Positions 46,930 to 48,007 of a stretch of DNA of 48,007 nucleotides are shown in pieces. The notes beneath the pieces were generated by a model. The model was given only the letters and a program-made list of their open reading frames with translations, was not told where the DNA came from and did not search any database. The position numbers were made by a program, and so were the translations under genes. The first letter of the stretch is position 1. The number at the start of each line of letters is the position of its first letter. Where the stretch lies: IMG/VR virus record IMGVR_UViG_3300022178_000593, positions 1 through 48,007 of that record. The stretch is one strand, 5' to 3'. Source of the DNA: a virus. Lineage: Duplodnaviria; Caudoviricetes.

Positions 46930-47117
46930 TGACATTCGAAAAAGGCATGGCTAAGTTGAAAAACTTAGTCAGCTCCTTAGAAAAAGAAAACATATCCCTC
47001 GAAGAATCAATCCAATCTTTTGAAGAAGGAACTAAGGTCGCAAAGTATTGCGAACGCAAGTTACAGGCCGCAGAAGATAGAGTCAAAGCTATTCTTGATC
47101 AGTCTGATCTTCAATAA
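46929..47117 (+). CDS. xseB: Exodeoxyribonuclease VII small subunit
   Basis: TFE..M..L..LV..LE...SLEES...FEEG......C...L..AE.RV signature. Confidence 0.88.
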   Translation: MTFEKGMAKLKNLVSSLEKENISLEESIQSFEEGTKVAKYCERKLQAAEDRVKAILDQSDLQ

Positions 47118-47580
47118 GATCCTTATCATCTTCTACAGTTTCCGAAGTACCCAAGATAATCTGATTCTCTAACACCAACTCTTTCAATCTATTCTCTAGC
47201 TGATCCCTACTCATGTTATCTATCTTATGAATCTTCAACTCTTTCCTATCTACCATAAGCCCAGCAAGTTTAGCTCTTGCAATCTCTGCTGTGACCGCAG
47301 GCCCATAACTTCCATCGGCTAATGCAACATCTCTTATCTCACCTAACTTAGTTGCTATGCCTTCAAAAGTAATTTCATTCTTAGCTCTTTGCACAGCTTT
47401 GAGTTCCATGATCTTCTCTTGCACATGAGCATACTGCTGATCACTCAACAATCTCGTTGCCGCAACCCCTGGATTTTCATAGCCCGCAAGATGAGCACAC
47501 TTCGTCTGCTTATAATCTTGATACACCATAAGGTCGACAAATGTTTCCTGTTTTTTTGTTAATTTTTTTTTCTCTTCCAT
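47089..47580 (-). CDS. terS: Terminase small subunit
   Basis: LT.KQ..F...AGY....A.RLL HTH pattern and AV.A....AKL.GL motif. Confidence 0.75.
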   Translation of the reverse strand: MEEKKKLTKKQETFVDLMVYQDYKQTKCAHLAGYENPGVAATRLLSDQQYAHVQEKIMELKAVQRAKNEITFEGIATKLGEIRDVALADGSYGPAVTAEIARAKLAGLMVDRKELKIHKIDNMSRDQLENRLKELVLENQIILGTSETVEDDKDLIEDQTDQE

Positions 47581-47582
47581 GT

Positions 47583-48007
47583 CTATATTCTAACAAGATT
47601 TCTACTAGAGAATACTATCTCTCCTAAGTAAAGGTGTATGTTAATACACACCTTTCTATAGTTCTCTATAGAGATGCACGTACGCACAACCGCACGTACC
47701 AGTAAAACTAGGGCTTTCAGAGGTGCATGTGCGTATGTGCAGGCATGTGCAACTGCACAACCGCACAGACACCTAAATCGCATAGGAATGCACGTTTCAG
47801 AGGGGGGTGTGCAATTCGCCATTTCTCCATTGCACGTACGTTTTTGTATATTTTTTGTACAACCAGGATCATTTTTATTATGGGACATTTGTTTCTTTTT
47901 CTCTCCTTTATCTCTATTCTTACCAAAGATTCTATCAAAGTTCTCATTAAATTTATCACGATCTCTAGTACGATCACGACTACCTTTTCCACCATGCCAT
48001 TCAGTCA
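47583..48007 (-). CDS. Phage protein with WHGGKGS motif (5' end at window edge)
   Basis: Frame is open from the edge: TEWHGGKGSRDR...FNENFDRIFGK. The C-terminal part crosses a repeat region and may be fortuitous. Confidence 0.45.
   Translation of the reverse strand, partial: TEWHGGKGSRDRTRDRDKFNENFDRIFGKNRDKGEKKKQMSHNKNDPGCTKNIQKRTCNGEMANCTPPSETCIPMRFRCLCGCAVAHACTYAHAPLKALVLLVRAVVRTCISIENYRKVCINIHLYLGEIVFSSRNLVRI

Noticed and set aside
47717-47995. 92-aa minus-strand ORF
   Set aside because: An overlapping frame carries the recognisable WHGGKGS...DRIF motif and is the better call.
1-48007. tRNA, rRNA, integrase or IS elements
   Set aside because: None recognised by eye and intergenic space is minimal; tRNAscan-SE and HMM scans would be needed to exclude them formally.

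Overview
An AT-rich tailed-phage (Caudoviricetes) segment, probably most of a genome, with podovirus-like gene content. The putative spanin pair points to a Gram-negative host; an aquatic origin is my inference only. A long minus-strand late operon runs from about 41.3 kb down to 0.9 kb: TerL, basic proteins, portal, a Hint-domain protein, GroES, scaffold, Mu-gpT-like major capsid, adaptors, tail fibre, lysis genes, tail nozzle and internal/ejection proteins. A plus-strand island of small early genes (41.6-47.1 kb) separates terL from terS. The main finding is a tightly packed cassette nested inside the lysis module: csgF, csgG, a curlin-like repeat protein, a FecR-domain protein and a CHASE2 class III adenylate cyclase. 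It looks like an amyloid-secretion plus trans-envelope cAMP-signalling system, and it is interrupted by a DNA methyltransferase flanked by an exact 16-bp direct repeat. Other signals are a recurrent hydrophobic-x-x-G-G motif across late proteins, a pseudoknot-like RNA after the capsid gene, phased CGCA-N6-CGCA arrays, a solo xseB and a candidate origin. All calls rest on motif recognition by eye; no searches were run.
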